Shown here: positions 8,955 to 17,100 of the stretch, in pieces | Numbering within the stretch: position 1 is the stretch's first letter | Layout of the letters: each line of letters opens with the position of its first letter | Assembly: GCF_014384765.1 (NCBI RefSeq) | Contig: NZ_JACRSP010000001.1 | Coordinates: forward strand, 484,759-508,758 | Direction of reading: 5' to 3' | DNA: 24,000 nt | Source of the DNA: Feifania hominis | GTDB lineage: Bacteria > Bacillota > Clostridia > Oscillospirales > Feifaniaceae | Notes under the pieces: model-generated | Seen by the model: the letters and a program-made list of their open reading frames with translations, nothing else | Told to the model about the DNA's origin: nothing | Database searches by the model: none | Position numbers and translations under genes: made by a program

Positions 8955-10156
8955 GTGTCTCACAGCTCAACGCCTATATCAAAAACTTAATAGACCGCGA
9001 CGAGGCGCTGGGCGTGGTGCTCGTCAAGGGGGAGATCTCCAATTTTACCAACCACTATAAGACCGGTCACCTCTATTTGACGCTAAAAGACGAAAAGAGC
9101 CTGATTCGCGCAGTGATGTTCGCCGGCAATGCCTCCCGTCTCAAATTCAAACCGGAAAACGGGATGAAAGTCATTGCGGGCGGCCGGGTGGCGGTCTTTG
9201 AGCGCGACGGGCAGTATCAGCTCTACATCGCGGAGATGCAGCCCGACGGTGTCGGATCGCTTCATGTCGCATTTGAACAGCTCAAGGCGAAGCTTGAGGC
9301 CGAGGGGCTCTTCGATGAGCGCCGCAAGCGGCCTCTGCCGAAACTGCCGGTTCGTGTCGGTGTCATCACGGCGGCGACAGGAGCGGCCGTGCGGGATATT
9401 CTGAACATTTTAAGACGCCGCTATCCCCTCGCCGAGGTGTACATCTATCCGACCCTGGTACAGGGCGACGGCGCGCCGCCTCAACTCATTGAGGCGCTGG
9501 AATACTTCAACCGGACCGACCGGGTGGATGTGATCATCATGGGACGCGGAGGCGGCTCCATTGAGGATCTGTGGGCATTCAACAACGAGCAGGTCGCCCG
9601 GGCGGTGGCGGCGTCTCACATACCCGTGATCTCTGCCGTCGGCCATGAGACCGACTTTACCATCTGCGACTTTGTCGCGGATCGCAGGGCGCCGACCCCC
9701 TCGGCGGCGGCGGAGCTCTGCGTACCCGAGACGCAGGAGCTCAAGCAGAAGTTCAAAACACTCGCCGAGCGTATGGCGCTCTATGAGCGCCGCGCCATTG
9801 AGCGAAAGCGCCAGCGGGTGCGCTCTGTGATGCAGAGCAGAGCTTTTCGCTCGCCGCGCGCCGGCATTGACGACCGGCGCATGAATGTGATGCATCTGAC
9901 CAAGAGTCTGATTGCGGAGTTGAGAGTCATTCTCGGCGAGAAATCCAAGCAGTTTGTCGGCATCGCATCAAAGCTCGATGCACTCAGTCCGCTCGCCATT
10001 CTCACCCGCGGCTATGCCATTGTGCGAAGCGGCGGTCGGGTGCTGCGGTCGGTCGAGGACTTTGAGGAGAACGCAGAAGTCACCACCATCGTGTCAGACG
10101 GGCGGGTGAGATACCACATGACAGGTGTTGTCAAAGAGAAAGGAAGCACACTATGA
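8930..10156 (+). CDS. xseA: Exodeoxyribonuclease VII large subunit
   Basis: VSQLNAYIKNLIDRDEALGVVLVKGEISNFTNHYKTGHLYLTLKDEKSLIRAVMF..., RGGGSIEDLWAFNNEQVARAVAASHIPVISAVGHETDFTICDFVADRRAPTPSAAAEL. Confidence 0.98.
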   Translation: MQNESAVVSVSQLNAYIKNLIDRDEALGVVLVKGEISNFTNHYKTGHLYLTLKDEKSLIRAVMFAGNASRLKFKPENGMKVIAGGRVAVFERDGQYQLYIAEMQPDGVGSLHVAFEQLKAKLEAEGLFDERRKRPLPKLPVRVGVITAATGAAVRDILNILRRRYPLAEVYIYPTLVQGDGAPPQLIEALEYFNRTDRVDVIIMGRGGGSIEDLWAFNNEQVARAVAASHIPVISAVGHETDFTICDFVADRRAPTPSAAAELCVPETQELKQKFKTLAERMALYERRAIERKRQRVRSVMQSRAFRSPRAGIDDRRMNVMHLTKSLIAELRVILGEKSKQFVGIASKLDALSPLAILTRGYAIVRSGGRVLRSVEDFEENAEVTTIVSDGRVRYHMTGVVKEKGSTL

Positions 10157-10386
10157 GTAAGGAGTTGACCTTTGAGGCGGCCATCAACCGCCTGGAGGAG
10201 ATTTTAAAAAAGCTGGAGGCGGGCGACAGTCCGCTCGCCGAGTCTCTCGCCCTGTTTGAGGAGGGGGTCACCTTGACGAATTTTTGCAACAAGGCCCTCG
10301 ACGAGGCAGAGCAGAAAGTGGTACAGCTGACAAAAGATGAGACCGGGGAAGTTGTCGAGAGCGAATTTCCCGCGATGAAAGCCTGA
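10153..10386 (+). CDS. xseB: Exodeoxyribonuclease VII small subunit
   Basis: 77 aa, LTFEAAINRLEEILKKLEAGDSPLAESLALFEEGVTLTNFCNKALDEAEQKV; ATGA-coupled to xseA. Confidence 0.96.
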   Translation: MSKELTFEAAINRLEEILKKLEAGDSPLAESLALFEEGVTLTNFCNKALDEAEQKVVQLTKDETGEVVESEFPAMKA

Positions 10387-10394
10387 GGAAGTCT

Positions 10395-11282
10395 ATGAAT
10401 TTTGATCGGAGAATGCAGGCACATCTGGATCTAACCGAACATGCGCTTCGCGCCTATCTGCCCAAGGAGCGCCTTGCACAGCAGCGTATTGTCGAGGCGA
10501 TGGAGTATTCGCTTCTCGCCGGCGGCAAGCGGGTTCGTCCCGTGCTGATGCTGGAATTTTGCAGGGTGTCAGGCGGGGAGGAGCGGCTTGTGCTGCCGCT
10601 GGCGGCGGCACTTGAAATGATTCACACCTACTCGCTGATTCACGATGATCTGCCCTGCATGGACAACGACGATCTGCGCCGCGGGCGGCCCACCAGCCAC
10701 CGTGTTTTCGGAGAGGCCATGGCGACGCTTGCGGGCGACGCCCTGCTAAACTACGCCGCTGAGACGGCACTCGGCGCAGATGGGCCGGACTATCTCGACC
10801 CCGCGCTGCGGCTGCGCGCCGTATGCGAGCTCTTCGGCGCGGCCGGGGTCTATGGCATGATCGGCGGTCAGGTGCTTGACATGGAACGGGAAAACAGAGC
10901 TCTGTCGCTCGATCAGGTACTTGAGACCCACAGGCTCAAGACCGGCGCTCTGATCTGCGCCGCGGCACGAATCGGCGTGATCTGCGCCGGCGCAAGCGAC
11001 GAGCTGCTCGAGGCGGCAACCGAGTACGCACAGAAAATCGGGCTCGTGTTTCAAATTGTCGATGACGTGCTCGACTGCAGCGGCAGCGCCCAGCAGCTCG
11101 GCAAGCAGACCGGAAGCGACGCCAGAAGCGGGAAGACGACGTTTGTCACGCTGCTCGGGGAGCAGGGGGCAATGGAGCGCGCGAGAGAGCTGACCGACGA
11201 GGCAAAACAGGCGCTCGCCCCTTTTGACGACGCCTCTTTTCTCTGTGAGTTTGCGGATCGTCTGTTGGTACGCCAAAGATAA
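10395..11282 (+). CDS. ispA: Polyprenyl (farnesyl/geranylgeranyl) diphosphate synthase
   Basis: GGKRVRPVL, LIHDDLPCMDNDDLRRGRPTSH (FARM), LVFQIVDDVLD (SARM). Confidence 0.97.
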   Translation: MNFDRRMQAHLDLTEHALRAYLPKERLAQQRIVEAMEYSLLAGGKRVRPVLMLEFCRVSGGEERLVLPLAAALEMIHTYSLIHDDLPCMDNDDLRRGRPTSHRVFGEAMATLAGDALLNYAAETALGADGPDYLDPALRLRAVCELFGAAGVYGMIGGQVLDMERENRALSLDQVLETHRLKTGALICAAARIGVICAGASDELLEAATEYAQKIGLVFQIVDDVLDCSGSAQQLGKQTGSDARSGKTTFVTLLGEQGAMERARELTDEAKQALAPFDDASFLCEFADRLLVRQR

Positions 11283-11294
11283 TGGAGGGCGATT

Positions 11295-11741
11295 GTGAGC
11301 AATATTGTCAAGGAACTGACAGGCAACTACATTTTGAACTGTGCGGTCATCACCTGGGCCATTGCACAGATTTTAAAGGTTTTTACCTATCTACTCGTAA
11401 CGAAAGAACTGAAGCTCAGCCGCCTGCTCGGCTCCGGCGGCATGCCGAGCTCCCACACGGCCTTTGTCGCAAGCGCGACCATCGCCGTCTACCGTGTTGA
11501 GGGAATACACTCCGTGGCGTTCGCCATCATGTTTGTCATTCTGATGGTTATCATCTCGGACGCGGTCGGCGTGCGCCGTCAGGCGGGGGAACACGCAAGG
11601 GTTCTCAATATCATCATGGAGAACTGGGAACAGTCCAAGAAAAAGCCCATTGACAAAAATCTCAAAGAGCTACTCGGCCACACGCCGTTTGAGGTCTTCG
11701 GCGGCTTTCTGCTCGCCATCATCATGGCTTTTTTCTACTGA
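11295..11741 (+). CDS. Divergent PAP2 family / DUF212 (YuiD-like) integral membrane protein
   Basis: LGSGGMPSSHTAFVASATIAVYRVEG...AFAIMFVILMVIISDAVGVRRQAGEHARVLN...ELLGHTPFEVFGGFLLAI; family-typical GGMPSSH, DAxGVRRxAGxxAxxLN and LGHTPxEVxxG motifs; GTG start. Confidence 0.93.
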   Translation: MSNIVKELTGNYILNCAVITWAIAQILKVFTYLLVTKELKLSRLLGSGGMPSSHTAFVASATIAVYRVEGIHSVAFAIMFVILMVIISDAVGVRRQAGEHARVLNIIMENWEQSKKKPIDKNLKELLGHTPFEVFGGFLLAIIMAFFY

Positions 11742-11753
11742 ACAAACCGCGAT

Positions 11754-11782
11754 TTGAATATTGGCGCAGGATATGGTACAAT
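11754..11782 (+). promoter_or_regulatory. Sigma-A-type promoter upstream of the large ncRNA
   Basis: TTGAAT (11754-11759) - 17 bp - TACAAT (11777-11782); predicted transcript start near 11789. Confidence 0.7.
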
Positions 11783-11788
11783 AATTTC

Positions 11789-12436
11789 TGTCGCGGTGTT
11801 TTGCCGCGGCGCACGCTGTTTGACAAAAACGGTGGCGCAGTATTCTAGTCAGTGCTATCAGACTCCAGGGCGGGCCTAAAAATCCGCTAAAGGGCACTTC
11901 GATGAAACTTCTTGTGCCTGCTTTTTACGCCCAGTTTAGGGTGGGTGCTGGAAGGTAGGTGGCCGGGCCCTCTGTAATGGCATATGGATGCGGACCCGTT
12001 CACCAGTGAGACCTGGTTGCGTGGGCTGCCCGGGGAACTTTTCCAAAAGGGACAGTCTACGGGCCAGGGTGAAACCTGTTTTGCGATGCTTTGGTGTTGT
12101 GGACAGAGTAGCCTGCCTTGAGTGGGTTTGGCGAATAGGGGATCAGGCCGTCGGCGCATGGCCGTGTGCCGGCCGCTATTGCCCTTTGAAACCAAGTCTG
12201 CAAAAGAGGATAAGGTCTGATGTGACTGTAGAGGAAAACTCCTAGACTGTTCGAGAGAGACATTGCAGGGATTGCAGTGCGGACTCAGTGGTCATCGAGT
12301 ACCGGTACCGGCGACGATACCGGCGTGAATGTAAAGGGGAACCGCCCTCATGGCGACAGGGGGTATTTCACGCAGGGAAATCCTACTCGACCTTAAGCCG
12401 CAAGATTTACCTGTCATGCCGCCACCGACTTTTTTT
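11789..12436 (+). ncRNA. ole: Large structured non-coding RNA, inferred OLE (Ornate Large Extremophilic) RNA
   Basis: ~650 nt region with no credible protein, own promoter, many local helices (CGCGG 11792-11796/CCGCG 11804-11808; CGCTGTTT 11814-11821/AAACGGTG 11827-11834; CGGCGCA/TGTGCCG near 12150; CCGGTA 12302-12307/TACCGG 12318-12323), terminal T-run, located between ispA and dxs immediately upstream of an OapA-like membrane protein. This synteny and size match published OLE RNA loci. Confidence 0.88.
12352..12436 (+). terminator. 3' terminal stem of the ncRNA plus T-run, possible intrinsic terminator
   Basis: GGC(12352-12354)/GCC(12418-12420) and GACAGG(12355-12360)/CCTGTC(12410-12415) close a 3' domain, followed by CGAC and T7 (12430-12436). 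Confidence 0.45.
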
Positions 12437-12468
12437 ATTTCTTACAGTGAGCTGAATTTGTATTTTGG

Positions 12469-13092
12469 GTGAGGAATATGCCTGACGACAGTCAGAAGAA
12501 ACAGGAATCTACCAGCAAGAGCAACCGGATCAAAACACCCGGTCAAATGAAAAAGAAAATGAATATCAAGTGGGTCATCACAACGATTACACTCACGTTT
12601 ACCCTTTCGGTGGTGTTCTATCTGATCTCCGATTCGGTTCTGCCGTTATTGAGTGTGGTCAGTTCGTTTGTTGTCCTGCTTGTTTTTATATTTATCGGTA
12701 TTTTTTTTGATTTGATCGGCACCGCCGTGCAGACGGCGGACGAGAGGCCCTTTCACTCGATGTCGGCGCGCAAAGTCGACGCGGCCCGTGAGGCGGTATC
12801 GCTGATTCGCAATGCCGAGAAAGTTGCAAACGTCTGCAATGATGTCATCGGGGACATCTCCGGCATCATCAGCGGTTCGACCGGCGCGATCATCATCTCC
12901 TTTCTCATCGCGTCCAATCCCGGTCTCAACAGCATCGTGGTCGGCACGGTTCTGACCTCCCTCGTCGCGGCGGTGACCGTCGGCGGCAAGGCTGTGGGCA
13001 AGACCATCGCCATCAACAATGCCAACACCATCATCTACGCGGTCGCGCGGGTGATTTCGCTGTTTAAAAAAATATTCAGAGTATCGAGGTAA
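12469..13092 (+). CDS. oapA: OapA-like OLE-associated membrane protein (likely start is ATG 12478)
   Basis: About 200 aa with four predicted TM stretches; conserved-looking core GIFFDLIGTAVQTADERPFHSMSARKVDAAREAVSLIRNAEKVANVCNDVIGDISGIISGSTGA; directly downstream of the ncRNA and upstream of dxs, as in known OLE loci. An RBS-like gtgagga precedes ATG 12478 (ORF track starts at an upstream alternative start). Confidence 0.82.
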   Translation: MRNMPDDSQKKQESTSKSNRIKTPGQMKKKMNIKWVITTITLTFTLSVVFYLISDSVLPLLSVVSSFVVLLVFIFIGIFFDLIGTAVQTADERPFHSMSARKVDAAREAVSLIRNAEKVANVCNDVIGDISGIISGSTGAIIISFLIASNPGLNSIVVGTVLTSLVAAVTVGGKAVGKTIAINNANTIIYAVARVISLFKKIFRVSR

Positions 13093-13097
13093 GATCG

Positions 13098-14978
13098 TTG
13101 AATCATCCCACACTTGAGAGGATTGACAATGCGGATAAGATCAAAGCGGCGAGTCTGTCCGAACTCGATATGCTCGCGGCCGACATCCGCTCGTTTCTCA
13201 TTGAGCACATCTCAAAGACCGGGGGGCATCTCGCTTCAAACCTCGGTGTGGTCGAGCTGACCATCGCGCTTCACAATGTGCTGAATTTCCCGCAGGATCA
13301 GGTCGTTTTTGATGTGGGCCATCAGGCCTATACCCACAAAATTCTCACCGGGCGAAGAGATCGCTTTGATACGCTTCGCCAGTTTCAGGGGCTCTCGGGC
13401 TTCCCAAAACCCCATGAGAGCGACTGTGACGCCTTTGGCACCGGACACAGCAGCACTTCCATCTCTGCGGCAGTGGGGCTCGCCACGGCAAAAAAGCTCA
13501 GGGGGGAGGCCGGCCATGTCGTCGCCGTAATCGGTGACGGCGCCATGACGGGAGGGCTTGCCTACGAGGGACTCAACAACATCACGGAAGAGCTTGACAA
13601 TCTGATCATCGTACTCAACGACAATGAGCTCTCCATATCAAAAAACGTCGGGTCGCTCGCGGAGTATCTGGCAAAGCTGACGAGCAAGCCCGCCTATTTT
13701 CGCATCAAAGACGCGACAAAAAAAGTGGTGCTGCACATCCCGCTGATCGGCCGGGGGCTCTACCGCGTCATCCATGACACCAAGAGTGTTTTCAAGACAC
13801 TCCTGGTCGGCAGCAACTTCTTTGAGGATCTCGGCATCACCTACTTCGGTCCGATCGACGGCCATGACATCAAGGCGGTGTCAAAGGTGCTCGGGCGCGC
13901 CATGACCATCGGTAAGCCCGCGCTGATTCACCTCAAAACCGTCAAAGGCAAGGGGTATGTCTACGCGGAAAACGATCCGACGGCCTTTCACGGCATTGCC
14001 TCTTTTGATATGGACACCGGCGAACATCCGTCCAACTTGACGGACAGCTTTTCAAAGGTCTTTGGCGACAGCCTCTATGCTCTGGCGCAGCAGGATGAAC
14101 GCATCTGCGCGATCACGGCCGCCATGACCGAGGGCGTCTCTCTGTGCCGCTTCGCCGCGGCGATGCCGCAGCGTTTCTTCGATGTGGGCATTGCGGAGGG
14201 GCATGCCGTCACCTTTGCGGCGGGGCTTGCCAAGGCAGGCATGCGGCCCTGTTTTGCGGTCTATTCCTCTTTCTTGCAGCGCGCCTACGACGAGATCGTC
14301 CACGATGTGGCTCTGCAAAATCTACCCGTGACCTTTCTGGTGGACCGCGCGGGCATCGTCGGGGAGGACGGGGAGACCCACCAGGGGATTTTCGACGTGT
14401 CCTATCTCACGTCGATTCCCAATATGACGGTCTATTCTCCCTACACCTATACGCAGCTCAAGGCGCTGCTCGGTGAAATGGGGCGGTGTGAGGGCCCGAC
14501 AGCAATCCGTATCCCGCGCGGCGGGATGGAGGGGCGTTTTGCCGACTGCTATGAGATCGGTGACTATGCCGTATACGGCCGCGAAGACGCGTCGGCGGCT
14601 GTCGTGACTTACGGGCGTATGACCGCGCAGGCGCTCGACGCGTGCGAAGAGCTCGAAAAGAGTGGAATTCACACAAAAGTTATCTCACTGCTGAAAATCA
14701 AGCCCATTGATTTTGACGCGCTCTTCTGTGCGCTTGCGCACTGCCGCAAAGTGGTATTTCTGGAGGAATCGGAGCGCATCGGCGGCATTGCGCAGCAGCT
14801 GGCGGCGGAACTTCTCAGCCGCCGCTTTGCGGGCAGGTACACCATTCTGGCCCTGAATGACACCTACGTCGAGCAGGGAAAGCCGCAGCAGCTTTTGAGA
14901 GTTTATGGAATCAGCGCGCAGGACGTGGTGCGCGCCATAGCGGAGGAGGACGCCGGTGAGCGAGAAGAAGAGACTTGA
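13098..14978 (+). CDS. dxs: 1-deoxy-D-xylulose-5-phosphate synthase
   Basis: TGGHLASNLGVVELTIALHNVLNFPQDQVVFDVGHQAYTHKILTGR, VIGDGAMTGGLAYEGLNN, FLVDRAGIVGEDGETHQGIFDVSYL; TTG start with RBS gaggt. Confidence 0.98.
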   Translation: MNHPTLERIDNADKIKAASLSELDMLAADIRSFLIEHISKTGGHLASNLGVVELTIALHNVLNFPQDQVVFDVGHQAYTHKILTGRRDRFDTLRQFQGLSGFPKPHESDCDAFGTGHSSTSISAAVGLATAKKLRGEAGHVVAVIGDGAMTGGLAYEGLNNITEELDNLIIVLNDNELSISKNVGSLAEYLAKLTSKPAYFRIKDATKKVVLHIPLIGRGLYRVIHDTKSVFKTLLVGSNFFEDLGITYFGPIDGHDIKAVSKVLGRAMTIGKPALIHLKTVKGKGYVYAENDPTAFHGIASFDMDTGEHPSNLTDSFSKVFGDSLYALAQQDERICAITAAMTEGVSLCRFAAAMPQRFFDVGIAEGHAVTFAAGLAKAGMRPCFAVYSSFLQRAYDEIVHDVALQNLPVTFLVDRAGIVGEDGETHQGIFDVSYLTSIPNMTVYSPYTYTQLKALLGEMGRCEGPTAIRIPRGGMEGRFADCYEIGDYAVYGREDASAAVVTYGRMTAQALDACEELEKSGIHTKVISLLKIKPIDFDALFCALAHCRKVVFLEESERIGGIAQQLAAELLSRRFAGRYTILALNDTYVEQGKPQQLLRVYGISAQDVVRAIAEEDAGEREEET

Positions 14979-15765
14979 CTGCCTGCTGGTAGAGCGTGGC
15001 CTCGAGAAGAGCCGCGAACGCGCCCAGGCGGTGATTATGGCGGGCGACGTCTATGTAAACGGGCAGAAAGAGACAAAGGCCGGCACCAAATTTGATGAGG
15101 CCGTATCCATCGAGGTCCGGCAGCCGCTGCGCTATGTCAGCCGGGGCGGGCTGAAGCTGGAAAAGGCGATGAGCGTTTTTGACATTCAGCTGGACGGAAA
15201 GATCTGTATGGACATCGGTGCGTCCACCGGAGGCTTTACCGACTGTATGCTGCAAAACGGAGCCGCCAGGGTCTACGCTGTTGACGTGGGATACGGGCAG
15301 CTGGCTTGGGCGCTGCGGACCGATCCGCGTGTGGTCAATCTGGAGCGCACAAACATCCGCTATGTGACGGCCGAACAGGTACCGCAGCCACTCGACTTCT
15401 TCAGCGTCGACGTATCGTTCATCTCGCTGAAGCTGGTGCTGCCGGCGGCAAAGGCGCTGCTCCGGGACGATGCCAGAGGTGTCTGCCTGATCAAGCCCCA
15501 GTTTGAAGCCGGCCGTGACAAGGTCGGAAAAAAGGGTGTGGTACGCGATGAGGCGGTCCATTTGGAAGTGGTGTGCCGTGTGTGTGACTTTGCGCGGGAA
15601 ATGGGATTTTCCGTTTTGGGTGTGGACTTTTCGCCGGTCCGTGGGCCGGAGGGAAACATCGAATATCTGCTCTATTTGAGCAACGCCCCGCTTGAGGAGC
15701 CGCAGCTTGATTTGCCGGCTCTCGTGCGGCGCTCGCACGAACATTTTAAAACGGGAGCTGAATGA
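14956..15765 (+). CDS. TlyA/YqxC family rRNA (cytidine-2'-O)-methyltransferase (S4 + FtsJ-like)
   Basis: S4 domain RLDCLLVERGLEKSRERAQAVIMAGDVYVNG; FtsJ-like MDIGASTGGFTDCMLQNGAARVYAVDVGYGQLAWALR; FKPxFE-type IKPQFEAGRDKVGKKGVVRD. Confidence 0.95.
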   Translation: MSEKKRLDCLLVERGLEKSRERAQAVIMAGDVYVNGQKETKAGTKFDEAVSIEVRQPLRYVSRGGLKLEKAMSVFDIQLDGKICMDIGASTGGFTDCMLQNGAARVYAVDVGYGQLAWALRTDPRVVNLERTNIRYVTAEQVPQPLDFFSVDVSFISLKLVLPAAKALLRDDARGVCLIKPQFEAGRDKVGKKGVVRDEAVHLEVVCRVCDFAREMGFSVLGVDFSPVRGPEGNIEYLLYLSNAPLEEPQLDLPALVRRSHEHFKTGAE

Positions 15766-15766
15766 G

Positions 15767-16627
15767 ATGAAACTCGCCGTCATTCCGAACATCGACCGTG
15801 ACAAGGATTTAAACTTTACAGAAAAACTGCTCGCCTTTTTGCAGCCCTATGACGCAGAGGTCCTGATGGAGGAGTATTTCCGCGGTCGAGTCTCACGGGA
15901 CGTTCGCTTCTGCCCGCGTGAGACACTCTACCGCGAGGCCGACGCGGCAATCGCCATCGGCGGCGATGGGACATTTCTGCGCATCGCGCGCGCTGCAGCC
16001 GAGCACGATGTGGCCATCCTCGGCATCAATATGGGGCGTGTCGGTTATATGACAGAGCTCGAGCCGTCTGAGCTCGACCAGATCGCAAAGCTCTTTGCGG
16101 GAGACTACCGGGTAGAGGAGCGCATGATGCTCTCGGCATCGGTGCTTCGCGGCGGCGAGCGCGTCTATGAAAAGCTGGGTCTCAACGATGCGGTGGTTCA
16201 CAACGGTATGATCTCGCGCATTCTCGATATCGACCTCTACGCCGACGGCACCATCATGAACGCCTATCGGGCCGACGGTATCATCATCAGCACGCCGACC
16301 GGTTCCACCGCCTATTCCATGGCGGCCGGCGGGCCGATCGTCGATCCGGTGATGAACTGTCTGTCGGTCATCCCCATCTGTCCGCACTCGCTCTACTCAC
16401 GGGCGATCGTCTTTCCCGACACGGCAAAGGTCGAAGTGGTGCTGCCCCGGCTGCACGGCAAGGACGCTCTGCTGACGGTCGACGGCAGCGAGGGCTTTGC
16501 TGTCCGGCAGGGCGACCGGGTGTGCATACAAAAATCGGAGCAGAAAACAAAAATAATCAGGGTGAAAAAATCGTCTTTTTATGATACACTTTATAGGAAA
16601 CTAGCGGACAGAGGTGTACAGCGATGA
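15767..16627 (+). CDS. nadK: NAD(+) kinase
   Basis: GGDGTFLRIAR, LGINMGRVGYMTEL, NDAVVHNG, ADGIIISTPTGSTAYSMAAGGPIV; ATG at 15767 rather than 15692. Confidence 0.96.
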   Translation: MKLAVIPNIDRDKDLNFTEKLLAFLQPYDAEVLMEEYFRGRVSRDVRFCPRETLYREADAAIAIGGDGTFLRIARAAAEHDVAILGINMGRVGYMTELEPSELDQIAKLFAGDYRVEERMMLSASVLRGGERVYEKLGLNDAVVHNGMISRILDIDLYADGTIMNAYRADGIIISTPTGSTAYSMAAGGPIVDPVMNCLSVIPICPHSLYSRAIVFPDTAKVEVVLPRLHGKDALLTVDGSEGFAVRQGDRVCIQKSEQKTKIIRVKKSSFYDTLYRKLADRGVQR

Positions 16628-17076
16628 AGATGAAGCGCCATTCCAAGATTCTTGATATCATTCAAAACGAGTCCGTTGAGACCCAGGAGGCACTTGCCGA
16701 GCGTCTCAAGCAGGCCGGCTATAACGTGACGCAGGCCACGGTCTCGCGCGACATCAAGGAACTTCGTCTTTTGAAAGTGCAGGGGGAGGACGGCGCCTAT
16801 CGCTATGTCGCAGGCGTATCCGAGAACAAGCCGGAGACGCCGCCGAAGTACCGCACCATTCTTCTCGAGGCGGTGCTCAGCGTCGACTATTCGGGCAACA
16901 TCGTGGTCGTCAAATGCCACACCGGTATGGGAAATGCCGCGGCGGCGATCCTCGATTCGCTGCACTGGCCGTCGGTTGTCGGCTCCATTGCGGGCGACGA
17001 TACCATTATGTTCGTCATGCGAAGCGAGGAGGCCTCTGTGAAATTTGCGGCGGAACTTACGAAAATCATCCGCTGA
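16624..17076 (+). CDS. argR: Arginine repressor ArgR/AhrC
   Basis: IIQNESVETQEALAERLKQAGYNVTQATVSRDIKELRLLKV...GTIAGDDTIMFVMRS-like C-terminal (SIAGDDTIMFVMRSEE). Confidence 0.97.
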   Translation: MKMKRHSKILDIIQNESVETQEALAERLKQAGYNVTQATVSRDIKELRLLKVQGEDGAYRYVAGVSENKPETPPKYRTILLEAVLSVDYSGNIVVVKCHTGMGNAAAAILDSLHWPSVVGSIAGDDTIMFVMRSEEASVKFAAELTKIIR

Positions 17077-17100
17077 AAGCCATGAGATGAGGGACGTGTA

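Noticed and set aside
9410-9895. 161-aa ORF antisense to xseA
   Set aside because: His/Arg/Leu-rich shadow ORF opposite the conserved XseA core.
11887-12263. Small ORFs in the ncRNA region (11887..12195 -, 11988..12245 +, 12057..12263 -)
   Set aside because: No recognisable protein motifs, low-complexity/erratic composition, no convincing RBS context, and they lie on both strands within a highly structured RNA-like segment.
11789-12436. Alternative identities for the ncRNA: RNase P RNA, tmRNA, group II intron
   Set aside because: No GAGGAAAGUC-type RNase P core or tmRNA tag/tRNA-like end, and no GUGYG start or domain V; size, synteny and the adjacent membrane protein favour OLE RNA.
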